A DNA stretch of 62,842 nt, filler included, from Theionarchaea archaeon (GCA_018992565.1; 5 parts of 5 records of this genome joined end to end with filler, not necessarily neighbours in it); one strand, 5' to 3'; numbered from the whole stretch's first letter, positions 42,109-51,087 are shown. The notes: a model not told the origin generated them from the letters alone. Numbers and translations are program-made.

Positions 42109-42984
42109 TCATGACAGCTCAGGAAGCTTCTCTATGAATTCTCTGGCATCAGTAACAAGCTGCTGTGCACTATCACTCCTGTCGTTCTTGCCGAGTAACT
42201 CCGCAGCCTCTTCAAGATACCCTAGCGTCAACTCAGCTTGGGCAGGAGTATTGTCTTCCGCTTGCTTCCAGAGGGTGTTGGCATGCGTCCAGAGTCCATT
42301 TGCTCTCTTTCTCAGGGCATTTGCCCTATCCCGAAATTGTCTCTTGAATTCCTCTGAAATGCTTTTTTCGCTCTTCATGGTTCCTGCACTTTCTTGCAGG
42401 CATTTGGTCCTATGAGCCAGGAGGACATCATACACATGACCTATCATCCCATCTGGATGGGTTTCGCCCTCAAGGGTCCATTCATTCTTGGTTATTGCTG
42501 TTATCTCCAATCCGCATGCCTCTTTGACCAAATCAGCTGAATTCTGAATCATGGGCCTGGAAGTGGACGAGTTGTAACCCGAAAGGCTGGCCAGTCTTTC
42601 TGCAGGTGCTGTGCAACTTTGATACCCGTTACACAAATATTCCCAGTGAGTTCCCAGCATGTTAAAGTGAGTGGGAATTATATCGGGCTGCTGCCACCCC
42701 TCACATCGATAGGAGTCAATGAGGAACCTTGAAAGAGATGCTGTCATTTCCACAATAGCTTCTACAAGCTCTTTTTCTTTCTCCACCTGTACAGAAATGA
42801 GAATCACCATTTCATCTCTCATTTCATCGGTGCCGCTCACGTTGAAAAGCAGTGCGTCACCGGTCTTCAACCCCGCTGTTACCGCATCTGCCAAAGTCTT
42901 GTCAGCAGTCCTCCTGATCTGCTGTTCCATGCTGATGATTCTCTTCTTCTCGAATTCAATACTGCTTTCTCCTTGTCTTTCCAT
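42109..42984 (-). CDS. Hypothetical helical protein, 291 aa
   Basis: Long ORF with protein-like composition and no recognised motif. Confidence 0.6.
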   Translation of the reverse strand: MERQGESSIEFEKKRIISMEQQIRRTADKTLADAVTAGLKTGDALLFNVSGTDEMRDEMVILISVQVEKEKELVEAIVEMTASLSRFLIDSYRCEGWQQPDIIPTHFNMLGTHWEYLCNGYQSCTAPAERLASLSGYNSSTSRPMIQNSADLVKEACGLEITAITKNEWTLEGETHPDGMIGHVYDVLLAHRTKCLQESAGTMKSEKSISEEFKRQFRDRANALRKRANGLWTHANTLWKQAEDNTPAQAELTLGYLEEAAELLGKNDRSDSAQQLVTDAREFIEKLPELS

Positions 42985-43142
42985 GGGCTCGCCTCATCTG
43001 AGAATTCGTCTGGTATTCTTGACATACTTATGAATGAGTACCAACTTAAAAATCTTGGGTTACATGTTGTATCCCTTATCCCCTTCAAGAGAATTACTGA
43101 AAGTAAACTTGCAGAACTCTCTGATAAACCTATGACGGACTC

Positions 43143-43160
43143 AAAAAAAGAAGAAAAAAT
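43143..43160 (-). terminator. U-rich terminator after the radical SAM gene
   Basis: TTTTTTCTTCTTTTTTT about 10 nt after the stop on the minus strand. Confidence 0.65.
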
Positions 43161-43170
43161 AGGGGTTCGG

Positions 43171-44217
43171 TCAGTCAGCCACGAGGATTTCCTCTGTTCT
43201 TTGCCAGCACCGGGGGTCTTCTCCAAGGAAATCACCCATTGCAGAAGCAGCACCTCTACAGCCTCCGCAGGCAAACTTGTATTTACATGTGCCACATTTC
43301 CCTTCAAGTGCTGATCTGGAATGGCGAAAGTTCTCAAGAAGTTCATTTTCAAACCAGATGTTCTCCAGGTTTTCTTGTGTGGCATCAGCTACAAAGATGG
43401 GGAAATAGGGACAGAGCTGGACAATCCCCTGGGGGTTGATGTAGAGCAGTGTAAAGGCAATTGAGCATCCAGTTACTGCTATCCCCTGCATAAGATCTGA
43501 ATCAGTTTCTATTTCTCTATGTCTCACTTCATTCATAAACATTTCAGGAAAGGGATCACTGAATCCGACTCTCATATTCAATTCTTTACCTGTATCCCAT
43601 ATTCTCTCGCACAGCCTGCGATATTGATCTGCATCCACCAGCTTATGTGAAGCTCGTCCCACAGGGACAAGGTATCGGAAATTGAATATTTTAATGCCAA
43701 TGCTGTCTATAAATCGCATGAGAGCTTCTGGTTCATCTTCTCCTTGATGGAAATATGTCATCCGCACAGCCACAGTGGCATCCTTTTCCACGAGGAGGTT
43801 TAATGCCTGGACAGTCTTTTCAAAGGATCCCCTGCCGCGGACAGAGTCATGTATTTGCGGAGTTGCACCTTCCATGCTGACATTGAACCCTCGAACTGTT
43901 TCCAATAGCCAATCAACGTTTTCAGGAGTTATCAAGGTTGCATTGGTGAGCAATTCAACGTGATTTCCAGGGTGGTTTTCTTTGATGTAGCAGAAAATAT
44001 CCCTGAGGTCTGGTCTCATGAGAGGTTCTCCGCCGGCTATTGCCAGAGCAGCATGTGGTGAAATAGCATGTATCTGATCCAGTAATGAAATAACCTGCTG
44101 GAAGGTGAGATCTGCTGTCGTTTTGTCCAATACGCTTGCACGACAATGCTTACATGCCAGGTTGCACTGGCTTGTAATATCCATCTGTACAATTCTGGGT
44201 GGGTGTTGCCATTTCAT
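43171..44217 (-). CDS. Radical SAM/SPASM enzyme, putative peptide maturase
   Basis: CNLACKHC, GGEPL, LLTNA, HDSVRG.GSF; SPASM 'GCSIA..INPQG.VQLCP..KCGTC..ACGGCR..EDPRC'; ATG 44217 behind GAGGT. Confidence 0.9.
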   Translation of the reverse strand: MKWQHPPRIVQMDITSQCNLACKHCRASVLDKTTADLTFQQVISLLDQIHAISPHAALAIAGGEPLMRPDLRDIFCYIKENHPGNHVELLTNATLITPENVDWLLETVRGFNVSMEGATPQIHDSVRGRGSFEKTVQALNLLVEKDATVAVRMTYFHQGEDEPEALMRFIDSIGIKIFNFRYLVPVGRASHKLVDADQYRRLCERIWDTGKELNMRVGFSDPFPEMFMNEVRHREIETDSDLMQGIAVTGCSIAFTLLYINPQGIVQLCPYFPIFVADATQENLENIWFENELLENFRHSRSALEGKCGTCKYKFACGGCRGAASAMGDFLGEDPRCWQRTEEILVAD

Positions 44218-44242
44218 GTTATTACCTCTTCTTGTGATCGAT

Positions 44243-44269
44243 AAAAAAATGGGGGCAAAAGCCCCCCAT
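44243..44269 (-). terminator. GC hairpin plus U tract between peptide and radical SAM genes
   Basis: Minus strand ATGGGGGGCTTTTGCCCCCATTTTTTT. Confidence 0.75.
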
Positions 44270-44274
44270 CCCAA

Positions 44275-44523
44275 TTACTTCGGTAGGATGCAGATATCGC
44301 ATCCGCCGCACGGTCCCTGCAAACTAGGATAGAATGGCCGCAGAGGATGTAGTGACTTCAGTTTCTGAAGTCTGTCCTCAACATCCATCTTCTTTGGTTC
44401 TCCTATGACAAGGTCACATCCTCCGCATGGGCCTTGAGCTGCATATACGGGGATTTTGTTCTGTTTCGCATGTTCTAAGGCGTCTATCAACTCTGATACA
44501 GAATAGTGTTTCTCTGTTTCCAC
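44275..44523 (-). CDS. Putative RiPP precursor, 82 aa, with two leader-core units containing QGPCGGCD
   Basis: GTG start behind GGAAGTGA; immediately upstream of the rSAM/SPASM gene on the same strand; duplicated Cys motif. Confidence 0.8.
   Translation of the reverse strand: METEKHYSVSELIDALEHAKQNKIPVYAAQGPCGGCDLVIGEPKKMDVEDRLQKLKSLHPLRPFYPSLQGPCGGCDICILPK
44296..44436 (-). repeat. Protein-level duplicate QGPCGGCD (44413-44436 and 44296-44319)
   Basis: CAA GGC CCA TGC GGA GGA TGT GAC versus CAG GGA CCG TGC GGC GGA TGC GAT. Confidence 0.9.
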
Positions 44524-44544
44524 TTTTGATCACTTCCTTTTTGG

Positions 44545-44587
44545 CTGCTATGAGGTCGCTCTTGTTCCACTATGCAACCTCATGCAG
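44545..44587 (-). promoter_or_regulatory. Stem-loop upstream of the precursor gene (probable 5' UTR)
   Basis: CUGC-AUGAGGUUGC ... GCGACCUCAU-A-GCAG: 14 bp with one G-U pair, one bulge and a 14-nt loop. Confidence 0.55.
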
Positions 44588-44588
44588 G

Positions 44589-44688
44589 NNNNNNNNNNNN
44601 NNNNNNNNNNNNNNNNNNNNNNNNNNNNNNNNTTAATTAATTAANNNNNNNNNNNNNNNNNNNNNNNNNNNNNNNNNNNNNNNNNNNN
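44589..44688. other. Artificial contig linker
   Basis: N-TTAATTAATTAA-N. Confidence 0.97.
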
Positions 44689-44756
44689 CGTCTTTACCAC
44701 TATCTTTAAATAAGACAAGGTAGTTACCTACATAACTCAAGAAAAGGTGTATTGAA

Positions 44757-46649
44757 ATGAGAATACTGGCTATACACTCGGATTTTGTTGAATTTGAGGT
44801 GAAGAAGAAGGCCATGAAAGAGGCCGAAGACACTGCAGAAAAGCACAAAGCAATTGAGGAATGCCTTGTTGTATTCTCTGCTGTGGAGAAAAAGGACGAG
44901 GAGAATCCCGAGGCTACAACCACTCGCTTCGTCAGCGAGGTAAAGGATATTGCTGGACAGGTTGGAACTACACGGATTGTGCTCTACCCTTACGTTCATC
45001 TCACATCGACTCCAGGTAGTCCGGGTACAGCTCTCACCATCATGAAAAATGCTGAAGAGCTGTTGGGAGCACAGGAGTTTGAGGTAGAACGTGCTCCATT
45101 TGGCTGGTATAAAGCATTTACAGTTAAGTGCAAAGGTCATCCCCTCTCTGAACTCTCAAGGGAATTCGGCCCTGAAGAAGAGGAGAAAGAGACAGTTTCG
45201 GAAGCCCTTGAAAAGGAGAAGGAACTGGAATCTCGCTGGTACATCCTGGATATGCAAGGGAAGCTGCATGAATTGGAATCTGATAGAGGGAGCATATTTG
45301 GATTTGACTTCTCCAATAACGAGAGACTGAAGCTTTTCTGCCAGTATGAAATGGCAAAGGTACGTGCTGTGACACAAGAACCTCCTCATGTCACCTTTAT
45401 GAGAAAACTGGAATTGGTGGACTATGAGCCAGGGTCTGATCCTGGAAACCTCAGATACTATCCCAAAGGCAGGTTCATAAAGAGCATGATTGAGGAGACA
45501 GTCAATCTGAAAATGAATGAGTACGGTGCCATGGAAATCGAGGCTCCCATCATGTATGACTATGAACATCCTTCGTTGAAGAGCTATCTGCACAGGTTCC
45601 CGGCGCGTCAATATACTATACAGACTCCCAACAAGAGGGTGTTCTTGCGGTTTGCTGCCTGTTTTGGTCAGTTCCTCATGGCTCACGACATGAGTATCTC
45701 TTACAGGCACCTGCCTCTCAAGCTGTACGAATTGACCAGGTACAGCTTCAGGGTGGAACAGCGGGGAGAACTGACTGGGCTTCGGAGGCTAAGAGCTTTT
45801 ACAATGCCTGACTGTCATGCCTTTTGCAGGGATATTGAACAGGCCAAGAGAGAGATGGAAACCCGGTTCAGGGTGTCCTGGGAGCTCCAGGAGTCCTTTG
45901 GACTGAGAATGCCTGATGACCTGGAATTTGCCATCAGGGTAACCAGGGACTTCTATAATGAAAATAAGGAGTTTGTGGCCGGACTGGTGAAAACGTGGGG
46001 AAAACCTGCTTTGATTGAAATGTGGGAGAAGCAGTTCTTCTACTTCGTATTGAAGTATGAATGGAACTTTGTGGACGCTTTGAACAAGGCAAGTGCATTG
46101 ACAACTGATCAGATTGATGTTGAGAACTCCCAGAGATATGAACTGGGTTACACAGATCAGGATGGCAAGAAGAAGGACTTCGTTCTCATGCATCTATCCC
46201 CATCTGGAGCAATTGAACGGGTGATGTATGCGCTCCTGGAGAAGGCGTACTTTGATCAGCAGAAAGGAAAAAAGCCCATGCTCCCCGTATGGGTATCACC
46301 GACTCAGGTGAGGCTCGTCCCTGTGACTGATGCACATGTGACGTTCTGTGAAGAAGTTGCATCTCAGCTTAAGAAAGAGTCTGTACGGGTGGATATTGAT
46401 GACACATCAGAAAGTGTGGGAAAGAGGATCAGGAATGCAGAAAAGGAATGGGTTCCATACATACTGGTAGTTGGAGACCAGGAAGCCGAATCTGGTCAGT
46501 TTGCTGTGCGAGTGAGAGAGACGGGAACCCAGGAGAAAATGAATCAGGATGTCCTCATAGAGAAGATCAGAGAGAAGACAGAGGGCATGCCGTATAGACC
46601 CCTTCCTTTACCCAGGATGCTTTCCAAAAGGCCCATTTTTGTGGGCTAG
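44757..46649 (+). CDS. thrS: Archaeal-type threonyl-tRNA synthetase
   Basis: Editing domain MRILAIHSD..YPYVHL..APFGWYKAF..CKGHPLSE; LRFAACFG; RAFTMPDCH; SGAIER. Confidence 0.96.
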   Translation: MRILAIHSDFVEFEVKKKAMKEAEDTAEKHKAIEECLVVFSAVEKKDEENPEATTTRFVSEVKDIAGQVGTTRIVLYPYVHLTSTPGSPGTALTIMKNAEELLGAQEFEVERAPFGWYKAFTVKCKGHPLSELSREFGPEEEEKETVSEALEKEKELESRWYILDMQGKLHELESDRGSIFGFDFSNNERLKLFCQYEMAKVRAVTQEPPHVTFMRKLELVDYEPGSDPGNLRYYPKGRFIKSMIEETVNLKMNEYGAMEIEAPIMYDYEHPSLKSYLHRFPARQYTIQTPNKRVFLRFAACFGQFLMAHDMSISYRHLPLKLYELTRYSFRVEQRGELTGLRRLRAFTMPDCHAFCRDIEQAKREMETRFRVSWELQESFGLRMPDDLEFAIRVTRDFYNENKEFVAGLVKTWGKPALIEMWEKQFFYFVLKYEWNFVDALNKASALTTDQIDVENSQRYELGYTDQDGKKKDFVLMHLSPSGAIERVMYALLEKAYFDQQKGKKPMLPVWVSPTQVRLVPVTDAHVTFCEEVASQLKKESVRVDIDDTSESVGKRIRNAEKEWVPYILVVGDQEAESGQFAVRVRETGTQEKMNQDVLIEKIREKTEGMPYRPLPLPRMLSKRPIFVG

Positions 46650-46865
46650 TCAAAGGCACTCTCTGAGTGGCAGACTATTTTTCTTTCATTTTTTTTTGGA
46701 CTAAACGATCTTCCTCTCATTCAGAGGATGGGAGTTCTTTTCACCTGGGACACATCTATCTCTTTTTGGTTCATAATCTTCCAGAGACGTGTCCAGAGAA
46801 TTCCCGCGGAATATAAAAGAAGTAATCAAAAGGTATCAATCAAAAAAGATAAAAAAGAAGAAAGG

Positions 46866-48314
46866 TTAAGGACAATACCTGAAAGGATGACGTGCGTTGT
46901 CTTTGACTTCCATAATCTCTTCTTTGGTGGGTCTTCCTTCCATAGCCCTCCTGATGGCATGACGGGTGGCCTTGTAATTGTTAATATATACCTGTTTTCT
47001 GTTAGAAGCTGAGGGATGCACAAACACATTGGCAATCAGCATCACATCCTCAGGCAGTATGCCATCTTGCACTGAATCTGCTACTGCCTTGGCGACACCT
47101 GCCTGGGCGGGACCATAGACAATTGAGGCATGTCGCATGTCCTTCATTTTCACCGTCGGAATGATCAGCGTGTTGGGTTTTACCAAGACGTTAGGTTCCA
47201 GTATGGCCTGCAGTGCATTCTTATCAGAAGCGAGTACTATTGCGTAGGCTTCTCCAACGGGCCCTTTCCGTTCTCCAATCAACAAATCAATGTGAGCAAC
47301 TTCTGCCCCTTCGCCGCACAGGGCTTCTCCGATCTTCAACGAGAAGTCACCAATGACTGCAGGAGTAATGCCCGCAGTGGTGAACCGTGACTGTATCTCT
47401 TTTCCTTCCAACTCAAAGGTGATTTCCTCTGCTTTGATTTTACCCAGTTTTTCCAGCTCAATCCTAATCTCCTCTTTGTTCTCATAAGACAAGGTATCAC
47501 CAATCATCAAGGGTTTCCTGCACTTCCCCACCTTTACACCCAGGTAGTTCAGCCCCGCTTTCGTCCCCAGAGCACCTGTAGCGCAAATGATTCTGGCTAA
47601 TTTCTGGATCTTCCTCTGGATTTCCACAGCTTTTTCATACTCTTTGTTCTGCATGGCATTGTAGATTTTCAACCAGTAATCACCAACTATGTTGGCCGAT
47701 GCCAGAATCATTCCATGTGCACCTGCAGCGAGAGAGGGCAATACAATCTCATCCCAGCCACATACAACATTTATCCTAGATGAAACTTTTTCCAGCAGGG
47801 TCATAATGTAGGACATATTCCCTGAGGAGTCTTTGATGCCCACAATGCCCTCCAGTTCAGCCAGGTCTTCCACAACTTTCCAGGGAAGGGTAACCCCGGT
47901 CAAGGGAGGAATATTATACAAGATAATGGGAAGCTCTACAGATTCCTCAAGGGTGGCAAAGTGCTCAAACATTCCTTTGTCTGCAGGTTTCATGTAAAAG
48001 GGAGTTACCACCAGGCAGGCATCAGCACCGATATCCTGGGCTGCTCTTGTCATGGCAATAGTCTTATCAGTTCCCGAGTCTCCTGTTCCTGCAATTACTT
48101 TCATTCCCTGGGCCTCCTCCACTGCGATCTCTATGGCTTTTTTCTTTTCTTCGAAGGTCATACTGGAGAATTCACCTGTGGAGCCGCAGGGTACAATCCC
48201 ATGGACACCCTGCTCTTTGCAGTAGTGAATGAGATTCTTGAAAGCTTCTTTATCGACAGAGTCTTTGGTAAAGGGAGTGGCCAGAGCCACATTGACTCCT
48301 TTTAACTCAAACAT
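46866..48314 (-). CDS. DapA/NAL-family class I aldolase fused to C-terminal formaldehyde-activating enzyme (Fae) domain
   Basis: N-part GSTGE, LYNIP, GIKDSSG; C-part IGEALCGEGAEVAHIDLLIG..VKPNTLIIP..GPAQAGVAKAVAD..NNYKAT..HPF, matching Fae. Confidence 0.88.
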   Translation of the reverse strand: MFELKGVNVALATPFTKDSVDKEAFKNLIHYCKEQGVHGIVPCGSTGEFSSMTFEEKKKAIEIAVEEAQGMKVIAGTGDSGTDKTIAMTRAAQDIGADACLVVTPFYMKPADKGMFEHFATLEESVELPIILYNIPPLTGVTLPWKVVEDLAELEGIVGIKDSSGNMSYIMTLLEKVSSRINVVCGWDEIVLPSLAAGAHGMILASANIVGDYWLKIYNAMQNKEYEKAVEIQRKIQKLARIICATGALGTKAGLNYLGVKVGKCRKPLMIGDTLSYENKEEIRIELEKLGKIKAEEITFELEGKEIQSRFTTAGITPAVIGDFSLKIGEALCGEGAEVAHIDLLIGERKGPVGEAYAIVLASDKNALQAILEPNVLVKPNTLIIPTVKMKDMRHASIVYGPAQAGVAKAVADSVQDGILPEDVMLIANVFVHPSASNRKQVYINNYKATRHAIRRAMEGRPTKEEIMEVKDNARHPFRYCP

Positions 48315-48408
48315 GCAAATCACCACTTGATGTTTTGCAGGGAGTTTAAAATCCTTTTCATGAATCGGTATGAATCTCAGACATCTACAACGTGGAGCCT
48401 GGAAGTGC

Positions 48409-49026
48409 TCATCTTGGATCCAGGCTCTTCCTGGAAAGTACGTGGGCCAGGCGCAAAACCTCTGGGAATTTGTGATTCACAACACTGAGTCTGGTGTATT
48501 CAACAGCTGATTCAAGTGATATCATGTGCCCCACACTGACCACTACAGGATTCATCCTTCTATGGGTTCTCACCAAAGCGCCCACTACGTCATTCTGATA
48601 ATATAGATATGTCCAGTCCACAAATGATGTATCAGCCTCCCCTACCAGAACTCGGCCTGCCACACCAATAGTGGGCCTTTGAAAGTATAATCCTGTGTGG
48701 CAGGCTAGTCCAAACTTCCTGGGGTGGGCTCTTCCATGCCCATGAACAAACAGAAGATCACATGAAACCCTCTTAACCACTTCATATATCAAAGGAAATT
48801 CCCTTAACGCAAAAAAAGAGCTTATATAAGGAAAAGGGGGCTTTCCGGTCCAGGATACCTCCTGGGTCACTACCCCCTCTTCCATGGCCACACAGGCGGC
48901 TGAGGCGGTGGTTCCCCTGTAAGAGACATCCACCCCAGCCAGTGTCACCACCCTCTCAAAGCAGTCCTCTTCCAGGACATACTCTGAGAGAAGATGTTGG
49001 AATCTTTCACCTCCTTTTCCAATCAC
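48409..49026 (-). CDS. nfi: Endonuclease V family protein
   Basis: AGVDVSY, FPYISSFFALRE, HPRKFGLACHTG, PTIGVA, VSVGH, PEVLRLAH. Confidence 0.85.
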   Translation of the reverse strand: MIGKGGERFQHLLSEYVLEEDCFERVVTLAGVDVSYRGTTASAACVAMEEGVVTQEVSWTGKPPFPYISSFFALREFPLIYEVVKRVSCDLLFVHGHGRAHPRKFGLACHTGLYFQRPTIGVAGRVLVGEADTSFVDWTYLYYQNDVVGALVRTHRRMNPVVVSVGHMISLESAVEYTRLSVVNHKFPEVLRLAHVLSRKSLDPR

Positions 49027-49200
49027 TCACTCACCCTTGGACGGGATCAGTAACATCTTGTCATTGAGAGGCAAAGCGGATAGGTAAACAGTAATAGAAC
49101 CTCGTGCGTTCCTATAGGCTACGCCAACATCAGTCCATCTATCTTTGCCCCCGACATCTTTCACCACTCGTACCACAAAATCTGGCTTTACTTCACTCAT
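49027..49200 (-). CDS. Small beta-rich hypothetical protein, 57 aa
   Basis: GGTGA RBS before MSEVKPDF; motif RWTDVGVAY.N..GSITVYLSALP; abuts endoV. Confidence 0.7.
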   Translation of the reverse strand: MSEVKPDFVVRVVKDVGGKDRWTDVGVAYRNARGSITVYLSALPLNDKMLLIPSKGE

Positions 49201-49344
49201 GCTATCACCCAGGTCCAAACAATCAAGACATAGTTAAAAGCATTTACCCAGAGCAGAGGAAAAATATTCATGAGAGCACATCAGTGCAGAACAAGGGGCC
49301 TCTCACATCTATCTCCCCAGGGTTCTGACATAGATACTCCTGCG

Positions 49345-49752
49345 TCATCCATGGTAGAATTCCTCTTCAACCTTCTTCTTCTCCTCTTCCTTTATCCGAG
49401 GTAAAGGGATGGGGGGCACAACATTGAGTTCTTTTGCCAGAATAACTGCCTCCATTAACCCCTTCTCTATGATTGCATTCTGTATGTGAACATTCGGTAT
49501 GGATCTGCTGGCTCCCCATTGTTCAAGAATCTCATCAGCATCCTCTCCCTGATAGTATAACGTTCCATCTATCTTTATGGTGGCGATAGAAGGATTATAA
49601 ATGGAATTGAACACGAAATCTATACATAGCTCGTTATTCCTTTTTTCCATATTTATGACGGAACTGTTGTTCTTAATTCCTACTTCAGGGAACGTTTCAC
49701 CTTCTTTCAAGAATCTTCTGGCTTCAATTCCTCTCACAATTAATCGCATCAT
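49345..49752 (-). CDS. Archaeal hypothetical protein (possibly SecB-like fold)
   Basis: IEARRF..NNSS..FVFNSIYNP.IATIKIDG..VPPIPLP; start MMRLIV behind GGTG. Confidence 0.65.
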   Translation of the reverse strand: MMRLIVRGIEARRFLKEGETFPEVGIKNNSSVINMEKRNNELCIDFVFNSIYNPSIATIKIDGTLYYQGEDADEILEQWGASRSIPNVHIQNAIIEKGLMEAVILAKELNVVPPIPLPRIKEEEKKKVEEEFYHG

Positions 49753-49853
49753 GACAACACCTATCCTCTCATTTCCGTGATACATTATAATAGTTTGCTC
49801 AGATGAAACGAGTACGTTCATCCACAGAGGAGAGATGAAAGTAGTGATTCCAC

Positions 49854-50756
49854 TCATAATCGCCTGAGCAAGACCACCCTGCTCTCGCTCTGAGAATCGC
49901 AGACCTCATAGGATGAATAATCCTCAACAGCATGTGCAAACGCTTCAACTTGCGAAAAAGAGGGCATATTCTCAATAGTCATTCTGTGTCTGGAGTACCC
50001 TACAAACATGTATGCCTTGGCTTCCACAAAATCAGGAGCCGCTTTTTCGATGAGCTGGGCATACATCTCGGGATGAACCATGTTGATCCCGTTCACCAGA
50101 GTGAGCCGGATCACCCTCTGAGTCTCAAGCTGGGAGAATAGTGATACAGTCTCCATAATTTTGGACCACCCCTCTGTCTGTGGATGGCATAAGGCTCTGT
50201 AAATGGCTTCCGTGGGAGCAGCCAGCGTCAGATACAAGTTCCAGGGCAGCTCCAGGGATTCTAGAACCCCCGGGTTGGTGCCATTAGATACTAAGAAGGT
50301 TGTCATTCCCCGGGCTTTGTAGTGATGTATGAGTTCAGACAATTCTGGATACAATGTGGGTTCCCCCGACAGAGAAATAGCCACATTGTTGGGATACTGA
50401 GCTTCTTTCAGTTTCTTGGCAGAAACCCTTTCTGGCAGCCCAAAGTACCCTGCCAGCAGGGCTTTCTGAGCTTCCAAACTCTCTTCAACAATGAGATCTG
50501 GCGGATCATATTCAGGAAGAGCAGGTTCAGTGAATTGAGTTGGCCTCCAGCAGAATAAGCATTTCTGCGTGCACGCAGTGACCGCAGGAGTCATCTGGAG
50601 GCAGCGATGAGAATTGATTCCATAGAACTTTTGTTTGTAACAGAATCGATCTTCCAGGAGGCTTTTTCGAAGCCAATGGCATAGCTTCACTGCAGAATGA
50701 TTACCCACAATTCGGTAGTGCTGTCTTTTCAGGAGGTTCTTCAGTTCATGATCCAT
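49854..50756 (-). CDS. taw1: 4-demethylwyosine synthase (radical SAM)
   Basis: HSAVKLCHW, CYKQKFYGINSHRCLQMTP, CTQKCLFCWR, ISLSGEPTLY, KAYMFVGYSR. Confidence 0.95.
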   Translation of the reverse strand: MDHELKNLLKRQHYRIVGNHSAVKLCHWLRKSLLEDRFCYKQKFYGINSHRCLQMTPAVTACTQKCLFCWRPTQFTEPALPEYDPPDLIVEESLEAQKALLAGYFGLPERVSAKKLKEAQYPNNVAISLSGEPTLYPELSELIHHYKARGMTTFLVSNGTNPGVLESLELPWNLYLTLAAPTEAIYRALCHPQTEGWSKIMETVSLFSQLETQRVIRLTLVNGINMVHPEMYAQLIEKAAPDFVEAKAYMFVGYSRHRMTIENMPSFSQVEAFAHAVEDYSSYEVCDSQSESRVVLLRRL

Positions 50757-50997
50757 TGGTGCTCTGTATTCTTGCGTTATAAAAGGGTTTATGCTCTCAG
50801 ACCTTCCGGGTGCTTCACTTCATAAGCATGTATATGAATATCTGTCTCCGTCTGAAGGTACGTGAATCGGCTCTCGGAAAAGAGTCAACACAGCAGTCTC
50901 TTTAAGGAGTGGCAGGATTCTCACCTTCCAAGAACTAGAACCATTCAAAAAAAGAAAAGGAGTATAGTAGACGAGCTATCAGTGTTTAACCTTTTCT

Positions 50998-51087
50998 TCA
51001 TCCTGGGTATGGTACATCCCCGGGGACAGGACCTCCAAGGAGTATGATCCCGACCATGCCGAGAATGAATGTGTGTGTTGCACACAT
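50998..51087 (-). CDS. Small peptide, 29 aa: MCATHTFILGMVGIILLGGPVPGDVPYPG
   Basis: RBS GAGGTGA, TAAATATAA box upstream, U tract about 40 nt downstream (50947-50958); below ORF-track cutoff. Confidence 0.6.
   Translation of the reverse strand: MCATHTFILGMVGIILLGGPVPGDVPYPG

Noticed and set aside
44275..46649. Link between the RiPP locus and thrS
   Set aside because: Separated by an artificial linker
5..46649. Apparent threonine theme (tRNA-Thr, ThrC-like genes, thrS)
   Set aside because: The genes lie on different contigs, so this is coincidental
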